This document shows positions 61,900 through 64,000 of a stretch of 64,000 bases of DNA, in pieces. Origin of the DNA: Eukaryota sp. GEM-RC1. Taxonomy: Eukaryota. The stretch lies in NCBI GenBank assembly GCA_040285855.1, contig JAUFOQ010000006.1, positions 806,001 through 870,000 on the forward strand, in the 5' to 3' direction. The notes under the pieces were generated by a model, which saw only the letters and a list, made by a program, of their open reading frames with translations, had not been told where the DNA came from and did not search any database. The position numbers were made by a program, and so were the translations under genes. Positions within the stretch are counted from its first letter, which is position 1. Every line of letters begins with the position of its first letter.

Positions 61900-63610
61900 T
61901 TCTTAAAGAAAACAGATGGTTCACAATACAGACCAGAAACAGGAAGAAATACAAAGAAATGACGACGTCAGGAGCAACTTTCATTCTGATAAGACTAAAA
62001 CGTACCTTTAAAGTTATATCCCAGATCAACACTTGTAGCTGTAGCATTGAATTTCGTTGACTTTCGATCAACGATATCGAGTTATTAAAATGAAGTTGCT
62101 CAAGATGGGTAAAGAACAGCAAAGACTTGTTCAGAAACTCAATGTCGTTATGGCTTTTCCATGAACAACTCCACTACTGAAATTATAGCAAGCTAACAGA
62201 GAAACTCTTCATCAATACAGGTGGTTTTAAGACCACCCATCACTTAAGCATAAGACCATACTAGCGGAAGATCTTCCGGATCTACCTGTTTGATTGAAGA
62301 AACACTTTGGTTGATGGTAGAGAACATTTGAAGAAATGGTGGTGGTTTACGTGGTCAACATTTCTTCAGAAAGTGAAGAACTTTCTTTGAAGGGATGGCG
62401 AGGTTCGTAACGATTCCAATCAAGAGAAGGTTAACAAAGACTTCTCAAGAGAAGTCAAGAGATGATCATGAATGAGAATCAGTATTAAGTCAGTAAAAGA
62501 GACGATGACTTGAGAGAAGACCGAGGAGCAGAAGCTACATGGGTACGCATTGGTCGGTCATGGATCTTAAACATCCAGAACTAATCAAAAAAGCATTGCA
62601 TGAGTCCTTGAACATCAAGAAATTCGACAAAGAACCTACTCAATTCATATTTCGAGGGGATCGAACTTCCTTAAGGAAAGGAGAAGAGAAAAGATCGCTT
62701 AAGTTGACTACTGTTGCGTAGTGAAGGGGGTTTCAGAAAAAGTTAATGATCTTCACGATCTGGATGTGAAGTACATTGTACCAAATGAACCAATATTCTT
62801 TTGGCGTTCACAAGTGTCTTTATTGAATCGGACAAGTGATCTAACATATCGAAATGAAATAAATCAGTGCGTACCAAAGATTTGTGCGTGTTGTTGTTAT
62901 TTAACAAACAGAACAACTTTTGAAAAGTTGTTCACTCTGTTCTTCCTTTCCACGATACTATGAGTATTGAACAGTATCGTGAAGATCTACTCAGTGAGAT
63001 GTCTTTAGTGGAGGAGCCTCACCCAGAACAGGGAAGAGGAAAGTGGTGATTTATTCACACCACCTCCAAGAAAGTCTAGTAGACACGGCCAAAGCAGTCA
63101 AGATGAATTAAAGATGTACGAAGCAGAGATTGTGTTGTCCCAATCCCAAGATCCCTTGGTATACTGGAACATGAATCAAGCCAGATATCCAAAACGGGCA
63201 AAACTGGCCAGACACTATTTGGCAGTACAAGCTACAAGTGTTCCATGTGAACAATTGTTCTCTTCAGCCGGCAGAACTCACTCAACTAAACGTGCTAGTT
63301 TGTGTGATGAAAGTGTAAAAGCACTAGTGAGTTTGAAGGCTTGGCAAAAACATTTTCATGTTGAAGTTGATGATTTGTTAGGATTGTAGTTACATGTATA
63401 CTAGTACATGTATATGTGTGGAGACTTAGTTGTATTAATAAAAATATTTAGGTTCGAAACTTATTGAACCGGTTTAGGTTCAGGTTCAGTTAGGTTACAG
63501 TATTACAGGTTCAGGTTCAGTTAGGTTCACAAAGTCAAGTTTCAGGTTCAGTTAGGTTCACAAAGTCAAGTTTCAATTTCCGAACCTGAACCTGAACCTG
63601 GACAGTCCTA
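61900..63610 (+). mobile_element. Decayed hAT transposon with intact 3' terminus; 5' boundary approximate
   Basis: C-terminal dimerisation domain ORF, subterminal ggttca repeats at 63450-63600, and a terminus ending ...ctggacagtccta (TAGG-type TIR). The upstream transposase is riddled with stops. Confidence 0.7.
63114..63389 (+). pseudogene. hAT transposase C-terminal dimerisation domain fragment
   Basis: DPLVYW....ARYP..AKLARHYLAVQATSVPCEQLFSSAG....KRASL. Confidence 0.9.
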
Positions 63611-63621
63611 AACTTTTCTAA

Positions 63622-64000
<379 letters not shown>

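Overview
AT-rich, gene-dense eukaryotic (protist) genomic window, not prokaryotic. Genes carry tiny 27-34 nt GT-AG introns whose putative branch-point A sits almost always 7 nt from the 3' end. That pattern is reminiscent of metamonads, but the lineage is an inference. Recognisable housekeeping genes: U2A' (SNRPA1), eIF2B-gamma-like, LRMDA-like, SH3-RhoGAP, importin beta-1, a DEAH splicing helicase, a Ser/Thr kinase, two Ubc4/5-type E2 paralogues and tRNA-Ile(AAT). Unusual genes: an LRR + ADP-ribosylglycohydrolase fusion, a signal-peptide ParB-like nuclease-family protein, a bacterial-looking P-loop protein, three members of a long divergent LRR-like repeat family, a RING/TRAF-zinc-finger protein with five tandem ubiquitin-like domains, and an E2 whose catalytic Cys is replaced by Ala. 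Intergenic DNA holds about 10 5'-truncated RLE-type non-LTR retrotransposon fragments, several TIR elements/MITEs (hAT with an 8-bp TSD, Tc1/pogo-like with a TA TSD), an intact-looking MULE transposase and a decayed hAT transposase. Many genes are split by single-base indels in homopolymers, most likely long-read assembly errors, so several ORF-track ORFs are merged here. Coordinates of degenerate elements are approximate.
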